A stretch of 63,505 bases of DNA, the filler included, from Nemertoderma westbladi (taxonomy: Eukaryota; Animalia; Xenacoelomorpha), in NCBI GenBank assembly GCA_032718475.1. It is 4 parts of 4 records of this genome, joined end to end, with 100 filler letters (N's around TTAATTAATTAA, not from the genome) between each part and the next. Parts side by side here need not be neighbours in the genome. Positions count along the whole stretch, not along the records: positions 30,758 to 54,615 come from JAUCBJ010001889.1; positions 54,716 to 63,505 come from JAUCBJ010001256.1; 2 more parts are not named here. One strand, given 5' to 3'. Of this stretch, positions 51,708-62,725 are shown piece by piece. Each line of letters begins with the position of its first letter. The stretch's first letter is position 1. A program made the translations under genes and the position numbers. The notes under the pieces are model-generated. The model was not told the origin of the DNA and made no database searches. It saw only the letters and a list, made by a program, of their open reading frames with translations.

Positions 51708-54503
51708 TTACGGATCTAACTCTTCCATCCCAGTCCAACCTGTTGGACAACTCAGCGACCCAAGGGGTGATTCCTCCAGCAGGCAACTCTCCCACTGCCC
51801 CCCTATAGGTTCTCTAATTCTTCGCTCCGCTCTCCTTGTTAATTCGATAGGTGGTCTTTTCTCCTGTTTTTGGAAATGCTGTCTTCTATTTATGTTTCTG
51901 ATCTCGTGGTCGTCCCTTGGCGGCAAAGTGCCTCCCTTCAACGTGTCACCCGGCGGTATAATGCCGCCCCTGTTCTTCTCCTTAATCTTAGATGCCACCT
52001 CTGCTGGCCTCCCCCTTAATATGTGTGCTGGCATTAAAGGCTTCAACGACCCCCGTTCGTCCTTCGGTATACACGATGTCTGCCCATGTAATGCCCCCTC
52101 GCACTCTGTCAGTTCCGCGTGCGTACGCAGCACGCCTCCTACTCTCCCGCCTCCTTTGTCCACCATATGTTTATTCATGGGCTTCTCTGCCCCTGGTCTG
52201 ATCGTCTCACATCTTCTCCCTTTCCATCTTGTATTCTTACTCGGCTTCCCCCTTGTCGGTATGCCTCTCAACCGGACCGGCGTCTCTTCCGGGCGCTCCT
52301 CTGGACACTCCACCGGGCACTTCTCCGGTTTGTCCTCCCGACACTCCACCGTCCGCTCCTCCCCATCTCCATACCGATACTTGCTGGGACCCTTATTCCA
52401 ACCCATCGTCTCTAGATCTTCTGCATCCATACCATTCTCCTCCGCCCACTCTCTTGGTGTTGCTTCTACTTCTAGCTGTCTACCACTATTGCCCATCTCT
52501 GGCCTCTCCTCTATCTCGTCAGTTCCTGGCACCATGCATCCTGAACTCTCGGACACATGGAATGGTATATTACTCTTAATTGGGCCTGTCAGCGTCCACC
52601 CGAATGGTGTTAATATGGCCACCGGGTCGCTCTGCTTGTCTTCGCCGAAGACCGTTTGCATTCTTTCGTGGGCCGTCGGGCAGTCCATTCCTACTATGAT
52701 GGATACCTTCCTAACGTCCACGTCTGGGATCGAGAAGTCAATGTCGTCCAGGAATTTGTATTGCTCGACCTCGATGTTGGTTGGCCGCCTGGCATTGATG
52801 TTAATTGACTCTATTACTTGGATGGGGTCGATGGTTGCCCCATAATCGCATCCTGGTGCCACTGCTGCAATTGCGCACCGTCCTGTCCTCATCTCTAGGA
52901 TCTCATCTTTGCTAGAGATGGTTGTTACCGCCATTCTGCTTGGCCTTGTTCTCAATCCTATTTCTTCGGCTACCCATTCCTCGACTAATGTGAAGGCAGC
53001 TCCACTATCAACCAGCATTAGTGTTGTTACTGATCGATTGCCTTCCCCGATCACTCGCACCGGTACTACTCCAAGTAACACCGTGCCTCTCTTCTTCGCC
53101 CCTACCGTGCTCGTTGCCATCGTTTGGCCTCTCCTTTGGCCAAACTTGACCGGCTTCTCTTGGCATTCCCTGGCCTTGTGTCCACTCTTCACACATCGCG
53201 AGCAGATTTTATTGCTCGACGCGTAATCTATCTGGTCTTGCCTCGGTAGCGCCTGCCAGTACCTGCAGTTCATGGTTTTATGAAGCGCATTTGCGTGTAA
53301 CTGGCATTTGCTCTTTGGGTCGTAGCCCTCTTTATACAATGCATTGCGTATCGCAGTTATATTCGTACCAAAGTCCCTACTATTCTTGTTGACTGGATTT
53401 GGCCTACTGGACGTACTGGGGTTATGTTTATTCATGTTGTTATTGTTCCCCTGTCCGTTCCATGATGTAGTCTTGTCTTCGTTTGCCTGTGGACTTGCAG
53501 TCCCCTGGGTCGCTGCGTATGGCAATGATTGCCTGAGTCTCGGCAATGCGTTTGATGTATTGTGCTCTGGTTTCGGCCTGTAGTGATCTGTCTTTGGTCC
53601 CTTTCCCAGGCTATCTTCACTATAGACTGGGTCCGTTATTAGTTCAGCCTCGTAATTTAAGAAGTTTGACATTTCTTCTAAACCCGGTTCCGCACCCTTC
53701 TTGTCTCGAGTGGAGAAAGCGATCTTCCTCCACTTGTTGCGCAGCCAGTTCGGTAGTGCCTGCGCTATCGTGGTGATGTTATTGGACGCGTTGAGCTCGT
53801 ACGGCGCGTCTAGCGTCTTCAGCACGATTAGCGCCTTTTCGACTTTGTTAGCAAACGTCTTAATGCTAACGGGGTTGTCCTGTAGGCCACCCGATGTTAT
53901 GCCTCTCAGCGTCTGCCTGATGATCTTGGCCGGGTGCCCGTATTCCCTATCCAGTGCCCGCCATGCTGTCGTGAAGCCGCCCTCTATTCCCTGATATTGC
54001 CTCACGATATCGTATGCTGGGCCTCCCGTGTACACTTGTAGATACTTTAGATTACTTGTAGATACCGCCTGCGTCAAGTTTTTTGTTAGTATTTCGTTAC
54101 TATACATTCGCCGAAATTGTAAATATTCTTCCGGCCTACTCCCGTCGAACTTGAATGGTTCCACGGGTGGTAACTCGATCCTCGTTTTCAAAGCATCGAT
54201 CAACGTGGCCATCCCTATCGCCTGCGCTTCCAATGGATTCGACGGGTGCTGTATAGTTTCCCCTGTTTGGTGCGTTCCGTCTGTCCTACTTCTTGACTTT
54301 CTCTGGCTTGGGTATGTCATTGGGGGTAGCGGCCCCCTCCATATATCTGTGTCACACGACCTGTTTTCGTCCAAGGGTCTCGTTGTTCTTGCTACCATCG
54401 GGGTATATTGTTGATATTGTGATGGGGGAATGTCACCCTGTCCCCCCCCCCCACCGGTATGTTTGGTAATGGGGTTGATGTTAATATGTTGGGGCCCATG
54501 CAC
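51708..54503 (-). CDS. BEL/Pao Gag-protease polyprotein (at least 931 aa) with a relic integrase tail and no RT/RNase H
   Basis: Gag motifs PFKFDG..EEYLQF, LKYLQVYTGGPAYDIV and AWRALDREYGHP; knuckle CSRCVKSGHKAREC; protease LLGVVPVRV..MLVDSGAAFT and IIVGMD; BEL hallmark AILTPFGWTLTGP. An upstream frame stays open to the contig end if the G11 run at 54442-54452 is one base longer. Confidence 0.88.
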   Translation of the reverse strand: MHGPQHININPITKHTGGGGGQGDIPPSQYQQYTPMVARTTRPLDENRSCDTDIWRGPLPPMTYPSQRKSRSRTDGTHQTGETIQHPSNPLEAQAIGMATLIDALKTRIELPPVEPFKFDGSRPEEYLQFRRMYSNEILTKNLTQAVSTSNLKYLQVYTGGPAYDIVRQYQGIEGGFTTAWRALDREYGHPAKIIRQTLRGITSGGLQDNPVSIKTFANKVEKALIVLKTLDAPYELNASNNITTIAQALPNWLRNKWRKIAFSTRDKKGAEPGLEEMSNFLNYEAELITDPVYSEDSLGKGPKTDHYRPKPEHNTSNALPRLRQSLPYAATQGTASPQANEDKTTSWNGQGNNNNMNKHNPSTSSRPNPVNKNSRDFGTNITAIRNALYKEGYDPKSKCQLHANALHKTMNCRYWQALPRQDQIDYASSNKICSRCVKSGHKARECQEKPVKFGQRRGQTMATSTVGAKKRGTVLLGVVPVRVIGEGNRSVTTLMLVDSGAAFTLVEEWVAEEIGLRTRPSRMAVTTISSKDEILEMRTGRCAIAAVAPGCDYGATIDPIQVIESININARRPTNIEVEQYKFLDDIDFSIPDVDVRKVSIIVGMDCPTAHERMQTVFGEDKQSDPVAILTPFGWTLTGPIKSNIPFHVSESSGCMVPGTDEIEERPEMGNSGRQLEVEATPREWAEENGMDAEDLETMGWNKGPSKYRYGDGEERTVECREDKPEKCPVECPEERPEETPVRLRGIPTRGKPSKNTRWKGRRCETIRPGAEKPMNKHMVDKGGGRVGGVLRTHAELTECEGALHGQTSCIPKDERGSLKPLMPAHILRGRPAEVASKIKEKNRGGIIPPGDTLKGGTLPPRDDHEIRNINRRQHFQKQEKRPPIELTRRAERRIREPIGGQWESCLLEESPLGSLSCPTGWTGMEELDP

Positions 54504-54615
54504 CTATCCGCAATAATTCCCCCCTCCCCTGGGTATATGTTATGTCCCTGCATGCTGTAGTCATACTGCTGTGCTGGTACCGGTATAGGCCTATCAGCTT
54601 CTGGCCTACTCGCCG

Positions 54616-54715
54616 NNNNNNNNNNNNNNNNNNNNNNNNNNNNNNNNNNNNNNNNNNNNTTAATTAATTAANNNNNNNNNNNNNNNNNNNNNNNNNNNNN
54701 NNNNNNNNNNNNNNN
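54616..54715. other. Artificial contig spacer
   Basis: 44 N + TTAATTAATTAA + 44 N. Confidence 0.97.
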
Positions 54716-55089
54716 CGTCAACTTTGGGATAAATTCTGGAATTCTGCATAATTTGTAAACCGTCCTGTGGTCGCTACGGAAGAACCAGTGCCAATCTGCT
54801 ATACACTACGAAATTCAGTATGAAAAATAACCATAGGCCTACCCAGGGATGCAACAACAGGGCTCCGAAGCTCCAGGCTAATTATTCCGGAGTCAATACG
54901 GAGCTTATGTTGTTGAAATTCGAATTAAAAGTTTTGTTGATGTATGAATAATGTCACCATAGTAAATTAACATAATCATGTGTGGGTGGATATTGATTGG
55001 TTATAACTTCTTGTTTTTCTTAAGCTTCATGATACCACCCGCACCCACCCCCTTGTGAAATTGTTTATATGTTTGAACAACAACATTTA

Positions 55090-56488
55090 AGTTAAGTTAG
55101 CAGCTGCAGAAACAGTTCCTGTATACCCTCGAAACAGGAAAAGGGCCCCCTGGACTGACAACAAAATTCAGAAGTGCCGAAATGACCTCTATAAGGCGCC
55201 GAAAGAGTCCCGACTCAAACAGACTACAGTGGCCACGAATGCAGTTAAGGCTGCATCTAGGACCCTGAACAGGCAGTGTATTGCCTGATAACTTTATAGA
55301 AGTAAAAGTGTCTGAGTCTGTACTCCCAGATATTCCCATTGGCGATATCTCCTTTGCAGAAGTGAAGGCTGCTGCAAAGAGCATTAAGACCAATCGTGCC
55401 AGTGGAGTAAATGGTGTTCCCCCTGAGTGTTTAAAGCTCATCTATCCCATCATAGTAGACATGTACCGAACAACAAGAGTCCCACAAGAAATGAAAACAA
55501 ATAAGTTGGTGCCAGTTCCCAAGAAGGGCAACCTAACACTCTATGGTTCTTTTCGGGGAATCTCATTGATCTCGATTGCTGCAAAGCTATACAATATAAT
55601 TATATTAAAACGCATCAGGAATCCCATTGAGAGACTGCTCCGTGGAAATCAGAATGGGTTCCGTAAAGGTCGTGGGACCATGGAGCCCATTTTGGCACTT
55701 AGAAGGATAATTGAAGAGTTATCAAAAAAGAAAGACAGACATCTGGCTGTTATCTTTGTTGACTTCTTCAAGGCCTTTGATTCAGTCTCTCATTCACGTA
55801 TGTTCAGCATACTTTCATTATATGGGATTCCTGATGCAATTATTGCAGCAATCAGATCAGTTTACGAGGGTTCGACAACATTTGTGTCTACTGTTGACGG
55901 TGACACATAACCATTTGAAGTGTAAGAGAAAGCCATGGGCAGCCTTGAATGGGCTTTCTAGGATTTGGAAGTCACCGAGAATTAATCAGAAACTTAAGGT
56001 CCGATTACTTAGAGCAGCAGTAGTTCCAGTACTCCTCTATGGGAGTCCATGCTGGGCTCTAACTGCTGAGGACACAAAATCTCTGGATGGCACATTCACA
56101 AGAATGCTACGCCGGGTTCATTGTGTCAAGTACAATGCACACATCTCCAACCATACACTATATAACATTGGAGGTGTCTCATTGGTTCCCCTAAGCTTGA
56201 CACTAGAACAAAATCGCCTCCGCTTTGCAGGACATTGCTTCCACCGTGAGGACCAGCCAGTGCATAATCTTGTACTTTGGCAGCCTCATGGAGTGCATAA
56301 GCATGGTGGACAGCCCATAACTTTCTTGAGACGCATCGTAAAGGACACTGGCCTTATAGATGCGGATGATCTAGCAAATGTCATGGGTGATAGGGAGTTG
56401 TGTCGGCGCAATTTTGTCGACAAGCCTACACAGCATTCTTAAAAATGCAGCTGCAATGCAGCATGCCGATCCTAGTAGTAGTAGTAGT
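55090..56488 (+). mobile_element. 5'-truncated, internally deleted RTE-type non-LTR retrotransposon with a (TAG)n tail
   Basis: RT motifs PVPKKGNL, FRGISL, NQNGFRKGRGT and FVDFFKAFDSV. The sequence jumps near 55925 directly to the thumb region (WAALNGLSRIWKS...RLRFAGHC). Tail TAGTAGTAGTAGTAGT at 56473-56488. Confidence 0.9.
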
Positions 56489-57311
56489 TCTCAACACTAC
56501 CACCCGCACCCTTGTGAAATTGTTTAAATGTTTGAACAACAACATTTACATTATTCAGTTAGTTTGTTGCATTTGTCTAAAATAATTATTTTATTAAATA
56601 CTTATATAAGCATAGGGAGCGAGACTTATTTTGAAGCCACCAATTTGAAATGCAGGAATTGATCGATCCACTTGTTTATCGGATAAACAGTAAATACGTG
56701 TCCAATTCGACTAAAGGCGAAGCTGTATCTGGCCCGGAAGGAATAACTAACTCATCGGTGACAGTAGTATGTACGGATATTTATACTGCAACCTGACTGT
56801 CTGATATGTTCCACGTCATTGGGTACTTTGGTCTTTAGGTCCTGCGGCTTTACGGGTGTCATATCCTGGTGTCGTTAAGAGAAAGGAGCAGATTATACAG
56901 TGACATACAGGCATTATTCTAACCAAAACAATAGACGAGACTCAATAGCACATGTTACCGATTAATTTTATACCAGTAATCAGCTGTCCTACTATCTTAT
57001 TAATGTTTATTGTTTTGGTTCGAAAAACATGCCACTGTAAACTGCTCATTTCCCTGGAAGGGGAGACTATTTTTTACTTATAATTTACCTTATGCGTTGT
57101 TTGTTAGGATATATATTTATTTACAGAACTCATTTAGTTTTTATTCCTTACCAACAAATAAATGAAAAACACGTGAAATATAAGCCGAGAGATATTAATA
57201 TAATTATTTCATCTTTCAATAATAATAATTACAATTATAGACGAAACAATAGTATTCCTCGTAACACATTAAGTCCCTATTATGTGAAACAAACTGCATA
57301 CAAACCGACTT

Positions 57312-58103
57312 CTATACTGACTCTACCACCGGAGGTTCATACCCGTCTACCCTACTAACTCCCTCCCCTACAGCGCTACTCTCTGCCGCTTTACTACCAG
57401 TGTCCCCGTGCATCTCCATCAACTTTCCCAGATCGAATCTCGGTTTCTTTAACACTTTCACCTTCCGTATAAACACATCCTGCAAGGGGTAGATGGCCTG
57501 GCAGTGCTTCTCTATATCCTTGCCGATAGAATCAGGAATGAGTTTCTGTACGAACCCTTTTAGATCCGATGTGGTCACCTCCTTGCTGATTATCTCTATC
57601 ATTTTCGCTCGTATTCTCTTTATCTGCTGGGTCTGCGCGTACGAAGTCTTCTTGGTCTGGTTGGGCGCTCGTTTAGTAAACCCGATACAAAACACCCTCA
57701 ATGTATAACTATCGGTGGTTCGGATATCCACGACAGCTTCTATCAGGGTCTGCCATTTCTTAACCATCGAACAGAGTTTATCCCGGGTGAAGCTCATCCC
57801 GTGGAAGTTGGTTAAACAATTCTTCCCTTGGACGTCCTCCGTAATTAGTTTGAACTTCCTGAAGGCAACTTCGTCGTTCTGTAGATCGGCTAACGATACC
57901 TCGAACACCCGTCCCTTCAACCCATCCGAAGCGATCTTGGTTCCCATTGTTCGGTTCACCATGGTTTTCCCGATATTTCGGATAGCGAACACCGACGGCG
58001 CTTTAACATCGTACCATTCTTTCTTAGCAAAGGTGTCTACGGCCTTCTTCTTGGCCCCTTTCTTACCGCCTTTGGTTAAACGTTTATTCTTTCCGACAGC
58101 CAT
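57312..58103 (-). CDS. RPS3A: 40S ribosomal protein S3a (eS1), 263 aa, intronless CDS
   Basis: [20 protein letters not shown]...KEWYDVKAP...[14 protein letters not shown]...[11 protein letters not shown] is full length and of animal type. Confidence 0.99.
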   Translation of the reverse strand: MAVGKNKRLTKGGKKGAKKKAVDTFAKKEWYDVKAPSVFAIRNIGKTMVNRTMGTKIASDGLKGRVFEVSLADLQNDEVAFRKFKLITEDVQGKNCLTNFHGMSFTRDKLCSMVKKWQTLIEAVVDIRTTDSYTLRVFCIGFTKRAPNQTKKTSYAQTQQIKRIRAKMIEIISKEVTTSDLKGFVQKLIPDSIGKDIEKHCQAIYPLQDVFIRKVKVLKKPRFDLGKLMEMHGDTGSKAAESSAVGEGVSRVDGYEPPVVESV

Positions 58104-58591
58104 AACTAAGTTATTAGGTTAGCTTATTGAGCTTGGTTATAAAAGCATAGCCCAGGCCTAAATCAGTAAATACTGAAATATGTAATAGGCCTACTGTAAT
58201 AAATTGTAACTGTCAGACTCTGTGTGTATGATACGGATACTATTGAACTATTTACATGATTACATGTATCTTTGGATCCGTTAATAAACGTCAGAACGTG
58301 CTGACGGGTCTTGTTACTTTGTTGATCGTCCTTTTCAACGGTATTACAAGTACTGATGTACCGTTATTACTATTACAGTCCTGCAGTCGTTACAGTACCA
58401 CCGTAGGACTAGGCCTAATTATTGGGCTACGCTCAGACAATCAGACGCTACCTCAGGCTCAGACCTCGCTACTACAGCTGTACAGTACAGCAGTACTACG
58501 TTATATTTGCCAGTGTATCTCCTGATCTCGTTCTCGTATCGTAGGCCTATCTATTTGACAGCTAATTTGTAATTACTGTGGCCAGTGGCAG

Positions 58592-59453
58592 CCTATATGG
58601 AATACTGACAAAAAGCGCGCCACACGCGTTCTGGTTAAACGAAAATCGCGCCAGCCATGACATGTAATGCGCGCCAAGCCAACAATTGACTATGAAATCT
58701 TGCAGTAATTGCTTAATTTTAATAATTTATCAGTTTATAATGCTGTAGCCCTGTAGCCCTACAGTCAGACAGTATTTTAACATAAAAATGCGAGCGTAGC
58801 GAGCAAGGAAATTTTCCAATTATGTTAAACATAAATACAGTCTGACAGTAATAGTCAGACTGTCAGATAGTCAGATAGTGCTGTAGTTGTAATAGTAGTA
58901 GTAGTAGTAGTAGGTCAACGTCAACTGACTGTTTTTAAATGCAGATGTGATCAAGACACAAGATGCGAGCGTAGCGAGCACGAAAATTTTAACATTTCAG
59001 CATTTAAATTAGGCAAACCGACTGTTTTCAAATGCAGATGTCATTAAATTGCGAGCTGGCGAGCGTAGCGAGCACGGACATTCTGCTGAATCATTTGTCC
59101 ACAGCCAGACAGTGCTAAGAGTAGGCTTACAGTAGGCCCATAAACGCGAGCGAAGCGAGCGGACATTTTTCAATCTTTTTAAACCTATGGAATAATTTCA
59201 AATAGAGCTGTAGTGTGGGATGTGTTGCTAGTGCACTGCTACGTAACCTCCTACTGTCCTAACCTAACCCTACATCCATATTCGCGCCAGGCAGCCAGGA
59301 CCGCCAGGCGCCAGGATCCTCAATGCGCGCCACACACCCCTGTCACTACGCGCCAGGATCCTTAATCCGCGCCACACGCCCCTGTCACTACGCGCCAGGA
59401 TCCTTAATCCGCGCCACACATGTTGAGCAAACTCTACATAAATTCCAACCTGG
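58592..59453. mobile_element. Probable non-autonomous DNA transposon with internal GCGAGCG[T/A]AGCGAGC and CGCGCCA repeats
   Basis: Direct repeat AGTGGCAG at 58584-58591 and 59454-59461; imperfect TIR CCTATATGGAAT / ATTCCAACCTGG; four GCGAGCGWAGCGAGC motifs; a 42-bp tandem at 59309-59420. Confidence 0.55.
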
Positions 59454-59657
59454 AGTGGCAGCAGTGCAGTAGCACAGTAGCATTCCAGTACAGCAGTAGG
59501 CCTACTGTATTATCTGCCTAATGTGTAATGGAATTTGACTATGACACGGGTAATGGCTGAATGGGAACGTCTGAATGGCAACCTGCAGTGCAGACCAGCT
59601 GGATGCAGCAACTTGCTGACTTTGACTTGGCGAATTCCTGAATTGTACCTGTGTACC

Positions 59658-62600
59658 GGGTCATTCCATTCTAATTCGACCAATCGGTGTGGCAAGGGTC
59701 GGAAATTTTTGACGAAATTTTAACCACTTATCAATTCTAGTGAAAAAACGATGTGGTGAAAATTTCAGCCGATTTGGTTTAGCCGTTCTCGAAATATTGA
59801 TGTTTTAAATTTGGCGAAATGCCAAAAACCAGTGAAGTACATTATTTGAAGTGGTGTCTACAATTGATCTGATTATCAGTTTAATGTTAATTGTATGTGA
59901 TTCTAAATAAACGATGCCTGAACTTCAATATTTTTATTACTAAATGAATAAACTATTAATCAGAAAGTTGTCAGACGATTTCAAAGTTGCCTCAAATATG
60001 CGAATTTTTGAAAAATGTCCACATTTGAGACCTCAGTACATTAGTCTGACAACTAGTTTATCTGTTATTTTAGTTTTCCCGGTTAGAGTGACTCATAATC
60101 ATTCGAATCATATAACTTTAGTAGGTAAACTGATAATCAGATAGTCTGTATGACTGAATATCTGGGTGAAGAATCTGAAAAATGTCAAAAAATGCAATAT
60201 TGGAGGTTCTGGTGGAGAGCTCTGATTATAGCTATGTTCATGAGCTTTTTTACCTGACATCTTTGACACAAAATGAGCGCCATGTCAAAATTTGAAGAGT
60301 AAACTAGATGTTCTAGAGATTGTATGACTCATTTTAAAATTCTAATAAATTAAAATTTTAAATGGTCCTCAAGGTGGTCTGACAATTAGTTTTTTGATAA
60401 AAATACATTTTTTCAAACGATATCCGGGCAGAAGACTATATTTCAAAATTTAAAGCAAAAACTAACAGTCAGACCCATTATCTGACCTACTATTTAATTA
60501 TTTAGAGTAAGTATCTGATCACGTGCTGCTCGAATTCTCGCTCGCTCTATATAAATCAATTTTATCCAACTATTATTATAATATAATAGTATAACAATAC
60601 ATTAATTCGAAATATAAATCAAAACAGCCAGACAAACAAAATATAATTCGTTTTTGATGTTAAGTAATAGTAGGACAAATAATAATTAAAATTAATTAAA
60701 AATGCAAGTTGTGATAAATGGATACATTTTTCAAACGATGGAATAATGACAAAAATACTTCGTAATATAAAATAACAACAGCCAGACACATATATTATTA
60801 GTTCGGATTAGTATAAGAAATTAATTAGGCTCCTAGTATAAAAATCACAGCTGCTCATTGGCGTAGAGCCGAATGCCTGTATGATGAGGCCTACTCTACT
60901 ATGCTAAGTTAAGTGGCATATCACAATAAAAAAATATTAAATTCGAATAGTACAGTACATAAAAATTTATCCGAACAGTAGAAGGCCTTAATGAACTACA
61001 CAATTCTCTAGTGTGACCTTCATTTATGAACTGATCAACAGCAGTACTGTTGATCAGTTATATAAATTTTGGTCGGTTATTGCACAGCAATACTGATAGT
61101 TTTTGTAACATATTTTTCAATGATATCGGTAATTAATACATAAAAAATTACAATTTTCAAAATATAACAATAAAACTTAAGAGTACCGTAGTTAAGTAAA
61201 TTATCACCGTATTAATCACCGTACATCATTGAAAACTATATGTACATGTTATAAAAACTATCAGTATTGTTGTGCAATAACAGACCAAAATTTATATACC
61301 AGTACTGTTGATCAGTTCATAAATGAAGGTCACACTAGAGAATTGTGTAGTTCATTAAGGCCTTATACTGTTCGGATAAATTTATATGTACTGTACTATT
61401 CGAATTTAATATTTTTTTATTGTGATACCCCACTTTAACTTAGCACAGTAGAGTAGGCCTCGTCATACAGGCATTCGGCTCTGGGCCAATGAGCAGCTGT
61501 GATTTTTATACTACAGTAGGGGCCTAATTAATTTCTTATACTAATCCGAACTAATAATATACTGATAATACTAATAATATATGTGTCTGGCTGTTGTTGT
61601 TTTATATTACGAAGTATTTTTGTCATTATTCCATCATTTGAAAAATGTATCCGTTTACCACAACTTGCCGTATTGCGGCATTTTTAATTAATTTTAATTA
61701 TTATTTGGCCTACTATTACTTAACATCAAAAACGAATTATATTTTGTTTGTCTGGCTGTTTTGATTTATATTTCGAATTAATGTATTGTTATACTATTAT
61801 ATTATAATAATAGTTGGATAAAATCGATTTATATCGAGCGAGCGAGAATTCGAGCAGCACGTGATCAGATACTTACTCGAAATAATTCAATAGTAGGTTA
61901 GATAATGGGTCTGACTGTTAGTTTTTGCTTTAAATTCTGAAATATAGTCTTCTGCCCGGATATCGTTTGAAAAAATGTATTTTTATCAAAAAACTAATTA
62001 TCAGACCACCTTGAGGACCATTTAAAATTTTAATTTATTAGAATATTAAAATGAGTCACATACGCTCTACAACTTCTAGTTTACTCTTCAAATTTTGACA
62101 TGGCGCTCATTTTGTGTCAAAGATGTCAGGTAAAAAAGCTCATGAACATAGCTATAATCAGAGCTCTCCACCAGAGCCTCCAATATTGCATTTTTTGCCA
62201 TTTTTCAGATTCTTCACCCAGATATTCAGTCATACAGACTATCTGATTATCAGTTTACTTACTAAAGTTATATGATTCGAATCATTATGAGTCACTCTAA
62301 CCGGGAAAACTAAAATAACAGATAAACTAGTTGTCAGACTAATGTACTGAGGTCTCAAATGTGGACATTTTTCAAAAATTCGCATTTTTGAGGCAACTTT
62401 GAAATCGTCTGACAACTTTCTGATTAATAGTTTATTCATTTAGTAATAAAAATATTGAAGTTCAGGCATCGTTTATTTAGAATCACATACAATTAACATT
62501 AAACTGATAATCAGATCAACTGCAGACACCACTTCAAATAATGTACTTCACTGGTTTTTGGAATTTCGCCAAATTTAAAACATCAATATTTCGAGAACGG

Positions 62601-62725
62601 CTAAACCAAATCGGCTGAAATTTTCACCACATCGTTTTTTCACTAGAATTGATAAGTGGTTAAAATTTCGTCAAAAATTTCCGACCCTTGCCACACCGAT
62701 TGGTCGAATTAGCATGGAATGACCC
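59658..62725. mobile_element. 3.07-kb foldback (almost entirely palindromic) non-autonomous DNA element, possibly Sola2-like
   Basis: Arms of about 1.48 kb, GGGTCATTCC...GGAATGACCC, with a spacer at about 61141-61208. The flanks TACC/TATC would be a 4-bp TSD with one mismatch. Mirror 66-aa ORFs appear at 59944+ and 62239-. Confidence 0.88.

Larger units (their letters stand above)
45102..54615 (-). mobile_element. BEL/Pao-family LTR retrotransposon derivative (gag-pro, hairpin array, DEDDy/zinc-knuckle ORF, PPT, 3' LTR); 5' end lost at the contig break
   Basis: The ORFs are co-oriented on the minus strand with a shared purine-rich composition. BEL/Pao gag and protease motifs are present, and a PPT abuts an LTR with TGTTAG...CTAACA termini. 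Confidence 0.8.

Noticed and set aside
59944-62439. Duplicated 66-aa ORF on opposite strands
   Set aside because: It is the mirror image within foldback arms, AT-rich and without a recognisable domain.
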